Shown piece after piece: positions 1 to 12,907 of a stretch of 64,000 bases of DNA. The translations under genes and the position numbers were made by a program. Numbering within the stretch: position 1 is the first letter of the stretch; the number at the start of each line of letters is the position of its first letter. Source of the stretch: Botryllus schlosseri (taxonomy: Eukaryota); contig CM119372.1 of assembly GCA_051294905.1 (NCBI GenBank), forward strand, positions 806,001-870,000, given 5' to 3'. Below the pieces are notes generated by a model that was not told the origin of the DNA, did no database searches, and was given only the letters and a program-made list of their open reading frames with translations.

Positions 1-817
1 TACTCGACCTGAAGCCTAACACTCGATTCGGAATGGAATCACTCCGGTACCCGATTTTGCCCATCTCTACCACTCACCCTAATTTCTCCGCTATAATAGT
101 CTTTAGTTGTACCCCGGAAACAGCAAGGCTCACTTCAACCGATTCGGTATTGGAGCCCTGCGTTTGCGAACACTTGATTCTGAGGCTGACAATGTTTTGC
201 TGCATTTTTCGCAACCTTTGGACGGAGTGCTGGTGAAGATTTGTGACGCAGCTCGACACGAGGTCTTGTGGCAGCTGAGAAAAAGAAGTGATCAGACTTG
301 TACAAATTTTCAAAACTTGCAACTAGAACTAAAGGTTTTTAAAAATAGCTAAAACTGCTAATAACTGAAAATACGAATTACTGAATCGGAAATGAGCTAA
401 GGTATATCGAAGATAGAATGGGCATTTAAAAAGGACGGGGTTTCGACCCCCAAAACCGACCCCCTATCTTCACCAAATTAGATTAGAATTACTGAATTTG
501 CGAAAACTTGGAAATGGCGAGTGCTTGTACAGCAAGTTTGGCTGGTTTCGCACGATACAGTTCTTCTGCAGCATTTACAGGAAACCCAAAAATTAGATTA
601 CGATTCAAATTAGAGCATTGGAACAATGAAACATTTCACTAGGATTAGAATTAGAACAAAGAAACATTTCCCAACTTAGATTGGGATTAGAGATTACCGG
701 CATTTTCCCCTTATTACTCTACTAGCCAAGTTGAGCTACACCAATGTTAGTAGTTATGACTCTGAGCTAGCAATGGCTGCAAGAACATCACACAGCAGAA
801 CACTGGTATCACGAATC

Positions 818-2057
818 CAGAGGTGGTCAGTAACGAAGTACTTCTACTTTTTCGAAGTACTCAAGTAGTTTTCCTCTACTTCTGGTACTTACTCAAGTAG
901 ATCTGATTTTCTCTCCTTCTACTTTGTAATATTTTGTGATCTACTTACTTACTTTTCGCTATTTTCAATTTGTCAAGTATAAGTAGTTTAATCACCCAAT
1001 ACGAAAGATAGCTTGAGGACTTTCGGGGCTGTTTTCACGGAGCATCAACATTTAACATTCATAAAAGTCAAGTAAAGTCCAGAAATTTTGTTGCGCTTAG
1101 CGCATAGTAGCGATGGAGTGACAAATATATTTCATGAAAGTGTCAGTGAATATAATGTAGGTACCGGATTGCTGGGTTCCTCTCACACCACATTGTCGCC
1201 CATATCAAATATTTCATCACAGTAAATATGGCTCACCATAACGTTTGAAACTACCGTTTCACAATCTAGCAATTAGGCCTACCTATCATATCGTAATCTA
1301 GCAGCCCATTACGTGTCTTGCTAATCCGGAAAATCCAGCTTTTTTTAACGTTACACCTGTTTTAGCAGATCACCATTGAAGCTTTATGGACAAAAGACAT
1401 GAAATATATTTTTCGCTTTTTAGAAGTGGTATTTGTGTTTCACTTTCAATTGCGAGTACTTTGAGTTCTAATTACTTTCAGCTCTTTTGTCTGCAGAACA
1501 TACATGTTGAAGCATGAAAGCAAGTGTAATAAAGCTACACTAAATATAACTTTTACGATCCACAATATTTGTTATTAACGTATACTAATCGCGCAAAGTG
1601 ATGAAACCGTATCCGATACAACTTCTGCGTATTGCTCTTCGCCTAAACTTGGGGTCTTATAATATGCGGTAGGGCGCCATGCCAAAAAAACGGGGTCTTC
1701 TAGTAGACAAAGGGTTAGTACCGCATTTTCATATCAATACTCTAATCAGCACTCCATGATGCGAAACATTGCTTATTCTGTATAAAATTGATACCTCCTG
1801 GGATGGATCAATACGAATCAAGCTCTCTGCACCTGCCGCATAGCTCAATTCGCAGTTTTCGACAGTCCATGCGAACGAATTAAGATTGCATTCAAAACTA
1901 CTTACTTACTTGAGTAGTTTTAAAGTCAGTCCATTCTACTTCTACTTCAAGTAGTTTTAGGTGGCTTATTTATAAAGTACTTCTACTTGTACTTGAGTAG
2001 ATTTTTCCGTTTCTACTTCTACTTGCGTAGCTTTCATGACTACTTTGACCACCTCTG
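818..2057. mobile_element. Non-autonomous hAT-like element (AGTAC/CTACT-rich family)
   Basis: TIRs CAGAGGTGGTCA...TGACCACCTCTG; 8-bp TSD cacgaatc (810-817) / cacgattc (2058-2065). It interrupts a repeat whose uninterrupted copy lies at about 22380-22470. Related ends at about 27531-27943, 39845-40289, 41674 and 59156. Confidence 0.85.
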
Positions 2058-2608
2058 CACGATTCACACCAAACGACGACACATGTTTTCTAGTTGTTTG
2101 GAAACCAAATAATTTTTAAAATGCGAATCTAGAATTAGAACTACTCAATAAATGGACAACTAACTTGATTGATAGTTTGTTAAAGCTTGGAAGTGCTGGC
2201 GACATGCATTGTAATTTTCGACGAGTGTTAATTATAATGAAGGACACTCACCGATGTTTTTTCACTGATTTCCGATACGATATTTGTGATTGATTCGTGC
2301 TGCGGCCTTCCCTGTTCGTCTGAATACGGTGGCAGCCATAGCTTTATATTGTTGTTCCTGAGATGCGTTTTTACTTTGGTAATGTCTTCTTCACTTGCCG
2401 AGGCCATCGAATCAAGGGTAGTAATAGATGGTAAGGATTAGTGTTGATTTCACACCAGCATTGAATAGATGTTCAATTGCTCTTAATTTTCTGTAAACGT
2501 GATTTGTAAAATTGACAATATTGCATGAAATTCGAGAAACACTCATTTAAAGAGACTCTTGAAGGCACAGAACTTTAATATACAATTGACTAATATATTG
2601 ATATTGAA

Positions 2609-2642
2609 ACCTGAATATCTTCGGCTGACACTCGTTAGGGGT
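2609..2642 (-). ncRNA. Degenerate hammerhead motif in a Penelope pLTR fragment (probably inactive)
   Basis: Reverse strand reads acccCTAACGAgtgtcagccGAAGatattcagg, the same motif as 48914-48947 but with CUGA->CUAA and GAAA->GAAG. Confidence 0.6.
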
Positions 2643-2905
2643 AATTGTTAGCAACTAATAGGGCTATAGAATTGGAAAAACCAGTGTACATGTACATCAG
2701 CAGTCGACAAACGGTCACTAATTTACCATAAGCAGAAATTACAGCAACATTGGCAATTTCAGTGATTTCCATGTTCTAATGCCACGAGAAACATTTCTAA
2801 AAATTCCTAAAATCATTTCACACAGAATCCTCACATTATTCAACCGATAGTGTTGAGTTAAAATACATGAATTAACAATAAAATCTGCATATTTAAGGTA
2901 TCACA

Positions 2906-5196
2906 TCACAATAAGAGTTTATATCCAAAAGCAAACAGACAGGAACATACAATTATAAGCGTAGCTCTGGCGAATAAATATTTTTTAGATTTATCCAAAT
3001 TTTTGTGCAATTTTTCAACTTGTTTGTAAGTATCATCTAACGTTCCATCATTGCCGATAACGATGTCAGCCTGACATCGCTTTTCCTCCAACGACATCTG
3101 GGAATCAATTCTAGACTGAGCGTCTCCCTGCGATAAGTTATTTCGTTTCATAAGACGTTTCAGTTGCGTTTCTTTAGAGCAGTACACAACTACATTACGG
3201 CTGGTGATGTATGTCCATGTCTTTGATTCAAAAAGCAACGGAATGTCGAGAATAATGAAGCGGTGTCCGGAGAAAAAAGACAGCAAAACTTTCCAGAAGA
3301 TGGCCTGAAAAACGGCAGGATCGAAATTTATGCACCGGTCAATCATTGTGAACTTGAAAGAGGGTTGTAATGACTTGAGTAGCAATTTTTCGTGGACTCG
3401 AATTGTCATTTTGTTAATACATATGGAAGATTACCCGACTCGAGTCGATTTGTGGATTGACAAAGGTTACCATACATCCTCTTTAAAGAGGGTTTGTCTT
3501 CGTTTTTGAGACTTTCACTTTTGTCCTATTTTTTGAGATTTTGCCCTCTTTTTTTTTTCTTAGTCAACCACCCGACAACGTGAAGGTTGACCTTTTCTTT
3601 TTTTTTTAGTCAACCGACTACAAAGTAGGAAAAATTTACCAGTTTTTGAGAATTCTACTCTGGTTTTGCAAGTCCCGAAAAAGTGTCCTCTTTTTAGATT
3701 TCCAAAATATGGTAACCCTAGTATTGATTCGACGCATTTTATATGACTTGATTCGACTCACGTATATCAGGACCGATAATAATTGAAAATTAGGAATAAA
3801 AATAGAAACTGTCTTAGATGTGTTTGAATAAACGTGTTAAGAGAGAGTGAGAAAAATAACTATATTATGAATGAATCCAAGGCTTTAGATATGACCGAAG
3901 AGTTTCAGAAAAAGTAAAGTGAACCGGACTTTAACCTAAAATTAGGAACACTGGACAGTGGACACTATGAATATGATTGGGACGCGGACTGCAGACTTTA
4001 CTCTATGACTCGGATTCAACCCCTTGTGACTCTGTCCCTCTGTGTTGAGTTGAAATTGACTCGACTTGACTAGAGCCGAAACTAAGATTGACTTGTGACT
4101 CGGAGCCTTATGCTATGACTTGCATGGTTAACCCTGATTTGAACCCACGGTGGAAATGAAAGATACTGTGCACAATCCTGAACATACATCGGTTTCGCAA
4201 CAGTTTCCCAGATGTCTTGTGCAGGGAGTAATCGTAAAACACGTGACATTGCAGCTATACATTGGGTTGTGTCCTGGTGAGTAGAAGTATAGCTAACCAA
4301 AGTATTATAGGTTTAGCTGGCTGACTACTTAACCTGGAGTCCTGTACTGTATCCTGGTGAGATCTTCTTAAGACGCCGATATACGCAAGACATACAAATA
4401 TATTTCAGACGTTGTTACAAGTAGGTTTAGCAAATGAATCTCATCTCGAGTCAACTAAACATGCGCTTATATAGACTCGTGATCATTGCAATCGGAAGTC
4501 TTATTCGTTTCCTAATATGGCGTGGAAAACACAATGTTGGATATTATCATATGGTCCCGCAAGCAGGTGTATCACATCTGTCTCATAGCTGTATCAGCGG
4601 TATAAATTGCAACAATCTGCAACAGTTTGACAGCGGTTGCCTCTGATCGAATGAAAGCCAGATCGAATGAGATCTGCTTGCGGTTTAGTAGGTTCATGTA
4701 GGTTTGGAGGTTGTCAGTTACGAGATATACACATTTCATGGTTGAACGACAACAGGGATCTGTTACAACATTAAGCATAAACGCGATTTAGGGTAACCTT
4801 TGTCCAGGTATCATAGCATATTTTTTCGGTGTTGAGGGCTCCACAGATAAAACGAGCTTCACGGCTATAGGGGCAACTGGGCAAGCACAATCAGAATATA
4901 ATCTTAAAACTCACTTTCCCTATTGCAGGATGGACTATCGCATTCAATTTTTTTCTCCGAGCCTCGTCTTTGAAGATAATTTCTCCGAGCTTTTCTCTGT
5001 TTATCGCACCACTGTCCGTGATTACGGCAGCTCCGAATTCTTCAACTATTAAATTGTAAGCACGTTTTCCAGGTTCAACCACTTCTCTCGCTATCACATC
5101 AGCGTCTATTACCCGGCAATTAAAATCATTCTTTAAAATGGAGGATACTGTCGACTTTCCTGAAGCTATCCCGCCTGTTAAACCAACTAAAATCAT
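2906..5196 (-). CDS. DCAKD: Dephospho-CoA kinase domain-containing protein, 2 exons (4915-5196, 2906-3304), about 226 aa
   Basis: MILVGLTGGIASGKSTVS P-loop, IDADVIAREVV, LNAIVHPAI, LDIPLLFE, QLKRLMKRN, RIDSQM motifs of CoaE/DCAKD, plus a hydrophobic C-terminal tail. The phase-0 GT-AG intron 3305-4914 joins the two ORFs. Confidence 0.93.
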
Positions 5197-5971
5197 TGCA
5201 TGCCAGAACACCACTGCAATGCTGCAGCAAGCCAACAAAATATATCACCAGTCAATATATAGATTGCTGTCATCTTGGCAGCAAAATTCCCTAAACGGAA
5301 TTTTTTTATGATTGCTCATGATTTTAAGATAACTTTCCACTTTGTGAAGTACCATTTAGATTCCTATATTATGAATTTCATCAGATAAAACAACACAGTA
5401 TTGAGATGCAATGAAAAGATTGTGAGAAGTCAAAATTTTTTGGTGAAGTCAATCAAACAGACTCGCACCTTTGCCTACAAATATAGTTGAAAAGAAGAAC
5501 GTCTTTAAAGAGGCACGTAGGGTCAGTCAATGAAATGAAGCCTGCAAAATTATTTTAAAATGGGCTGGCAATAATGAAGAATGACTCGGCACTCTGTGTA
5601 CAGGTGAAATCGATCAGGCAATCTCGGTCCGATCCAGTTTGATTGCATATTAGCGTTTTGGGGTGTCAAATGGTAGCTCATTAAGATTTTCCGCGTAGGG
5701 AAATTTAGAAATCTGGTTTTGTGGGTGATTGATTGGTGATGTTGTTGTTTTGTTTTCATCAAAATCACTCAGCTATGTCTCAATAAGATTCTGTGGAGTC
5801 CTGATGATGTTTATATAGCTCAGTGATGAAGACCAACAAATCCACTCGCGATAATAAACGTAATGATCGTCAGATTATATATTTTCATCAGATCAATAGA
5901 AACACGTATGATGCGATACACAAGACACAATGCGATGTAATTAACAGATAGGTCATGCCTAAAGGACCAGT

Positions 5972-6720
5972 TGCGGGGTACACCACAGGTTATCAGGTGA
6001 GGAGAGGACAAGGTGTTTGAGATTGCAACCATTTGTTGGCGTCTAGTGAGGTAACTTTTCATGATCTCAAGTCGTGGGCCCCGAAATCCGTAACGCGCCT
6101 ATTTCGAGATGAGAATTTTATGATCTACGCAGTCAAACCTTAGCAATTTACAACGTGGCTACGTTGTAAATTGCTATGGTCAAACGCTTTTTTTAGATCG
6201 AGAAAAATGCTACATCCCTCATGAATCCGTAACGCGCCAATTTCGAGATGAGAATTTTATGATCTACGCAGTCAAACCTTAGCAATTTACAACGTAGCTA
6301 CGTTGTAAATTGTTATGGTCAAACGCTTTTTTTTAGATCGAGAAAAATGCTACATCCCACATTTCGCTTCTCTGAGATATCATAATACTATTCAGCCACT
6401 GTTAAGAGGGCATTTGAGGTTTGGTGCTTGTTTCGGAAGCCAAATTGTTGAGGGGAAATGACAGACATTTTGGCGAGGAATGAGGATAGGCATGAGAGGA
6501 GCAACTTTCCGAATACAACCTCGATGCATGGGAGAACGGATATCGAACGGTAGTTGGTGACATTGGTTCTATCACCGACTGTTTTTAGATAGCTTGGGTA
6601 GACTCCATTTTCGATCATGAAGACATGCAGCCCACTCATTTTTAAAATACCATGATGGGATTTGCTGGTCATAGCCAACGACCTTGTGCGATTTCAGTTT
6701 GTGGATGGCTACTTCTATTT
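5972..6720 (-). mobile_element. Decayed CR1/L2-group LINE RT fragment (same family as 23795-25640) with an internal ~139-bp tandem duplication
   Basis: Colinear with about 24965-25570 (NYRSISVLPC, QQFGFRNKH, ITCGVP). It carries frameshifts and a duplicated segment 6084-6220 / 6223-6360. Confidence 0.88.
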
Positions 6721-7346
6721 CCTATATCTCAGTCTTTTAACCTATATTTAACCGAAATTTTCAAAATAGAGGACATTTGGGCATCCTCCGAGGACACTTT
6801 CAATAAAGTCAAAAAAGAGGGCAAATCCTCTTAAAAGAGGACGTATGGTAAGATTGGTAACCCTACTCAAACTGGCATCCACCGCGGTCCCCGGCCTAGT
6901 TTCCAATGTAACAATTGTTTGATGCTGATGTTTTCGCGCCGGTCATTCTTTGGACAGTTCTTATTGTCTCCTTTCTTGTTTGAAACGATGAAAACATTAA
7001 TAAACCTGATTGATTGATTGAAGTATTGCTTACCGTCAAAATCAGCGGGTCTTTGTCTGGGCTTATTTGACGCTGTTACGACGACGAGTGACACGGGGGA
7101 AGAGGAGCTTGACTTTTCATTCAGTGTGCAATGTGCAGTCGCGCATGCCTCCTCTCTACTTCGCCTAGGCCATGGCTTCTCAAAGGGTGGGCCACATGAG
7201 CATTTGAGGTGGGCCACAAAGCTATTTAGAAAATTTTAGAATTAATGCGCCCTATTTCTTGTCGCTTTCTCTTTCTATACTATCTTCTTTACTTTCATTC
7301 AGTGCTTGTGCAGTGTGCAAGCCTCCTCTTTACACATCGCCTAGGC

Positions 7347-9086
7347 CAGAGGTCTCAAACACGCATGCGGCGCGCGAGAGCATTCTGTGCGGCCCGCGAC
7401 AGCATTTTGGAATTTAAAGTATTCTACAATATATTCCAGTGCCACATATCTTTTTTACATATATGAACTTGAAGTTCAACCTAAAACTGAAAAAAACACT
7501 GAAATCTCATCAAACTACACTATCACATCACTTTTAAAAGCTACCATGCGGTAGAAGATCAGCTATTACGTCACATTTCTAGTTCATGATGATAAAACAT
7601 GACCCATTGATGATTCGTGACTGAAAATATTGTGATTTGGTTTTGTGCGATCTTTCGTAGAATTACTCGATTTCGGATTGACTGGGTGATTAAATATAAA
7701 TGACTCGAATTGAGTCGAGTGAAACGTTAAAAACGGAGAAGGAATTTCGACACGGAACGGTGACTTGACAATCCTACGGACGTAACAATCTATGAAACTG
7801 TCATGAGAAATAGCAATATATCAAAAGGTGGTAGCTTGCGCTGCGTAGGGTATATATTATATAGCTATCTCATCAGGTCGGTATGGCATCCATCGGCATT
7901 ATGTGACCCCCGTGACGTATAGTTGGTTACATGATAGGTGTTGTCTGATCTCTTTAGCCATGTTATTATCGGCGGCGAGTAAGGTAGTAGCCTAGTACGC
8001 TCCACAGCTGTAACACCAATGAATTTATCGGCGATTGGACATTTCTATTCTTAACCAGGGTACGTAGACCCCTCGGGGTACGGAGCACCACATCACGAGA
8101 TGCATTGTGGAATTATGCCTATATGCTGGGGTATATTTTCTTGACCAATTTACTCGACTGGAAAGTGGTCTTCGCGCTACGCGTGATTTTACGTGTAGTG
8201 GCTTTCTAATTTTCATATAGGTACAATCAGAAATTGTGTTGAAAATGAACGGGGGCTACGAGAAATCTTATTGGAAGCACGAGGGGTACGATCGCTAAGG
8301 TTAAGTAATATTGTTATACTAGGGCTCAATAATGATTATATTCAAGTTGTTATTGATATGTTCCAATAATAATCGAAGGCAAAATATGACGCTGATTTAA
8401 TTTGACTTTGGCAATGATGTAGTAACAATAGCCTACTTATCACGATTACATCAAAACCCGGATTAGGCTACACCGCTCAAATGCTCTGGTATCAGATCAA
8501 TCTTCAGTAGATTTAAAATATTATTCATAGAATTGTGGCACGTCAAAGGTCCACTAGCTGCAATATTATAACCCGACAGTTTGACGATGTCATGATCAAT
8601 GCTCCCACTAATTTTTGACACATCTGCCTAGACTCACCAACTCACTGCGCAAACCATTGGACTACAGCGCGCAACGACTGTAGAAAAATGTCATCACTTC
8701 AGATTTTTTGTGCGCAAATTAGATTTTTTGTGCCCAGAGACCTTGTCAGCACAGCGCATTTGCGCACGTGCGCAGCTTAGAGGGAACATTGGTCATGATG
8801 CATCCTCTCGCATGATGTCTATTACTCATTATTTGAACAGATGATGCCCGGCATAAATCAATTTTATTCAAATATTTGAAAATATGATTTTTCCGAGTCA
8901 AGCGTGAATAGTACAATAGTAAATTACATATTCATGATGTTTCTGGAATGGCTGTCTTCAAGCTCCCATCAAATAAGGCCTACTTGGAAATTCTGCGTTG
9001 AATATCCCTACTATTGGTGGTGCGGCCCGCGGCGTCATCAAAACTAAGAAATTGGCCCGCGAGCCCGTTTGAGTTTGAGACCTCTG
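7347..9086. mobile_element. Non-autonomous hAT/Charlie-like element
   Basis: Perfect 14-bp TIR CAGAGGTCTCAAAC and 8-bp TSD GCCTAGGC (7339-7346, 9087-9094). It splits a LINE 3' tail (7247-7346 + 9087-9197). Confidence 0.9.
8597..8791. mobile_element. Short hAT-type MITE
   Basis: TIR CAATGCTCCCACTAA / TTAGAGGGAACATTG; perfect 8-bp TSD gtcatgat (8589-8596, 8792-8799). Confidence 0.85.
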
Positions 9087-10929
9087 GCCTAGGCCAAGGT
9101 GGGTGTCGCTTCGACATCTTCCTGTCTTTTCATTGTATCGCATTTTTTTGGTGTATTGAACTGATAAAATTGCTAATAAACCAATGATGATGATAATGTA
9201 AGCTTAGTTATATTTTCTATAATAATCGCTAAAAATATAGCCTATTTATATCATCTAATTATACGTAGGCTACGTGAAGCTTTTCATCCGACTATGATGA
9301 GACGTAGTGGCACGTATGGAGTCAGCATGTTCAAGTCGAAAACGGGAGGGAGAAACGGCGGCTTTTTCCACTGACTATGACAACCTACGGCTAACAGCAA
9401 CTAAAATAAGTTCGGGTATATAATAACTGGAAGGTAATGCTGAAATAACCAGGTATTCCGACAGGGTCATATGTCCTATGCCATTCGAATGGGTGTGTGT
9501 AATATACTCGGACTGAAGTGTAATAGAGGTATAGATTTACTGGGCTTAGGCAAGTCGTATTATTGTCAGTGTTGGGATGACTCGAGTCACCTTTTTCGTA
9601 TGACTTGACTTGACTCGAGTCACTTTGCTAAAATGTCTTGAGTGGACTCGGCGTATCAGACATGTGGATTGACTCGTGACTCGGAGCAAAATTCACGAGT
9701 CAATTTCATGTCATCAAGTAAAAATCACCTTATCTTTCATATGTTCGGATTGTTCGCCAAACACTTGTGTAACCCATGAGAGCGATCGATCATTCAATGA
9801 GCCTCCAATATTCTCTCACCAATATATTGGCCACGAACGAAGTGATCGAAGCTACTGCTTACGTTGTGGTAAACTAGTAGTAAAGTAATGTAATAGCAAA
9901 ATATATATTTCTGTTCTCTGTTCTTACCTTGACCGAACCTCTTGTTTTACTGAGATTAAAATCGAATATAGTTTATAGCCTACTCCTCAACCAGTGGCGG
10001 CTCGTCCTATAGGGCAACTGGAGCATTGCCCCGCCTAAAATTATGTTTAATAACAATTCTTTACCATTTCTAGACGCACAGCAATCTATATATACCGAAA
10101 TCACAGCGAAATCGTATTCTTCTTGTCCTTGTTCTTGTAAATGCCCATTGCCCATATATAGCGAAGTCTCTGCGAAAATCGAATTCTCTTCTGCGTTTTC
10201 GCTTTGCGAATGCCTAGCCCGGTAGCGCTCATAACAAGCTTTCACTGTCTATTCTCTCAAAGCCACGCACAATAAAGAAACAGTGATTTACTCTCTCCTA
10301 TTCATAAAATTACCGAGCAAGTGGGGCAAAATAGTCCTGTGCCCCTAAGGTGTGATGTAACAATGGTATCTATATCTGAACTCGGTTACCGTCATATGCG
10401 TTTAGTCGACCTTTGCTAGCTGGTATAGGACGATTTTGATGGTGTTTCACATCATGCTAATTCTTGAAACTTGGTATGTCATGTCGTGATGGTGGTATTT
10501 AACACTGTCGCAAGTTTCAGGGTTTCTACTTAAAGTTTAGGGCAGTAATTCCGTTTCCGAAGTTGAGTGTGTGCTGATTCGTCATGTATCGCAAACCATG
10601 GCCTGCTACATGGCCATGCGCAAACAGATTTTACTCAAAAGCCGGTATTGGTATCCATTGATTTTGACGATGTTCCATGCTGAGATCGGTCATGACTCAT
10701 GACATTTGACACGGTAAGTCTTAATGTTAGTATCGAACGCTGTACCAAGTTCGTCACTGAACTATGTTAGTGGTAATTTCGTTTCCTAAGTCGAGTAAGA
10801 GCTGACTCGTCATTTATCGCTAACAGATTTTACCCAAAGCCGGTATTGGTCTCCATTGATTTTAACGATGCTCCTTACCTCGATCCGTCATAAGCTTTTG
10901 CACGGTATGTCTTGATTTTAGTATCGAAC

Positions 10930-11519
10930 TATAGAAATTAAACATGGAACGGCAACGACCGATTTTGCAGCTTCGTTCCGCTTCGCCGAGGCTGGAGTGG
11001 AGAGTGCTTTTGCGTAAGCGACTGTAGGATTTCTGGCAATCCAAAAGCTATCTTCCCGAGCACAGAAATTATTGAATATGGTCTTGATCGAAAGCCACTG
11101 CTGCACCGATTCCGAAAATATAAAGTAAAATAATGATCAGGCACTGATCCACCTAGAATCCATCCTCCAAGTCGAAATATCGGCATTGTTCGAACAATCG
11201 GAGAGTCGCAACGGGTCATTGTTATGGTCATTGTGTTGCGGTTACCCGATTGTTCTGAACAATGCCGATATTTCAGACTTGGAGGACAGATTCTAGGTGG
11301 ATCAGTGCCTGATCATTATTTAAATTTATATTTTCGGTATCAGTGCAACAGTAGCTTTCGATCAAGACCAGATTCAATAATTTCTGCGCTCGGGAAGATA
11401 GCTTTTGGATTGCCAGAAATCCTACAGTCGCCTACGCAAAACAATTCTCCTCTCCAGCCTCTGCGAAGCGGAACGAAGCTGCAAAATCGGTCGTTGGCGT
11501 TCCATGTTTAATTTCTATA
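10930..11519. mobile_element. Foldback MITE A (long inverted arms), 7-bp TSD
   Basis: Arms of about 275 bp starting TATAGAAATTAAACATGGAAC; TSD ATCGAAC at 10923-10929 and 11520-11526. This explains the mirror-image ORFs 10938-11231(-) and 11224-11511(+). Confidence 0.88.
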
Positions 11520-11526
11520 ATCGAAC

Positions 11527-12016
11527 TATAGAATGTAAACGTGGAATGACAGCGACCGATTTTGCAGCTTCGTTCCGCTTCGCTGATCGAAAGCTACTGT
11601 CGCACTGATTTCGAAAATATCAATCAAAATATGGTGAAGCACCGTACTGAGATGAAAAACCACCCTCAGCATCTAAAATCTGCATTGTTCAGAACAATCG
11701 GATGACCGCAAAACAATGACCATAACAATGACCCATTGGGGCTCTTCGATTGTTCGGACAATGTCGATAATTCAGACTTGGAGGGCGAATTCTAAGCGGT
11801 TCAGAGCCTGATGATATTTTTATTTACATTTTCGGAATCAGTGCGACAGTAGCTTTCGATCAAGACCAGAGTCAGTAAATTCTGAGCTCTGGAAGACAAC
11901 TTTTGGATTGCCAGAAATCCTACAGTAGCTGCCGTAAAATAAGTCTGAGTAAAGCTTCAGCGAAGCGGAACGAAGCTGCAAAATCGGTCGCTGCCATTCC
12001 ACGTTTACATTCCATA
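11527..12016. mobile_element. Foldback MITE B (related subfamily, inverted relative to A), 7-bp TSD
   Basis: Ends TATAGAATGTAAACGTGGAATG / CATTCCACGTTTACATTCCATA; TSD ATCGAAC at 11520-11526 and 12017-12023. The central spacer is the reverse complement of the spacer in A. Confidence 0.85.
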
Positions 12017-12030
12017 ATCGAACGCTGTGC

Positions 12031-12907
12031 CAGACTTGGACAACTAGAAGATTTTCAGCTTTTCTGAATTAGATTAGAATTAGAATTAGAGCTCCACAGT
12101 TTTTTTCAAACTAGATTAGAATTAGAATTAGAGCTGCACAGTTTTTCCAAATTAGATTAGAATTAGAATTAGAGCTACACAGCTTTTTTCAAATTAGATT
12201 AGAATTAGAATTAGAGCTACTAAGCTTTTTCCGGATTAGATTAGAATTAGAATTAGAGCTATACTTAGTTCGCAAAAACTTGGAAATTGAATGAAATTGT
12301 ATATGGGAAATGAATACAGCAAAATGCAGTTCACATCAAATCACAGTGCGTGGTGCAAAAGGCCGTGAGGCGATACGCGCCACATATTTTTGTTTAATAA
12401 ACAACAACAACAGTGCATGAGAATGGTTAACTTCTGTACACCAAGCTTGGCGCGATTTTTACTATACTTTAATAAAATATTACTTCTTTTATGGTAACCG
12501 TGGGCATCGCCCATGTTAGTCAGAATGGCGATGTACTAACGTAAAGTTTTAGAAACTAGAATGTTGTTCGCAGACTACAAGCTACTCTAGCAGGCTATAT
12601 TCGTCATAATATCTACTATGACTGCACGGGATATTCTTTTTAAATCACTGCAATAGTGCAATATGCCTCGGACAAAGAGGCATTTTCAGGAAAACAATAA
12701 TTAGATTAGAACTAGAATTAGAGAATACGGCCATTTCACAAATTAGATTAGAATTAGAATTAGAGCATAAGAACATTTCACAAATTAGATTAGAATTAGA
12801 ATTAGAGCATGGAAGCATTTCACAAATTAGATTAGAATTAGATTACTGGCATTTCGCTCTAATTTAGTGAAATTAGACAACTAGAATTATCTAGTTGTCC
12901 AAGTCTG
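12031..12907. mobile_element. hAT-type MITE with internal ATTAGA/AATTAG arrays (most abundant family in the window)
   Basis: TIR CAGACTTGGACAACTAG; perfect 8-bp TSD cgctgtgc (12023-12030, 12908-12915). Decayed copies at about 470-730, 19300-19560, 20077-20620, 29470-29700, 40870-41280, 42430-44210, 45320-45676, 53580-53900, 54906-55155, 58040-58430, 60750-61300 and 62040-62410. Confidence 0.9.

Noticed and set aside
4200..4800. Possible very old LINE C-terminal remnant in the DCAKD intron
   Set aside because: The resemblance is vague and heavily disrupted, and cannot be supported without a search.
10862..11608. Mirror-image ORFs with near-identical peptides on opposite strands
   Set aside because: They are a by-product of the inverted arms of a foldback MITE, with no protein motif.
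12065..12260. Regularly spaced 37-39 bp repeats resembling a CRISPR array
   Set aside because: The spacers are short and similar to each other, the array lies inside a TIR/TSD-bounded MITE, and the context is eukaryotic with no cas genes.
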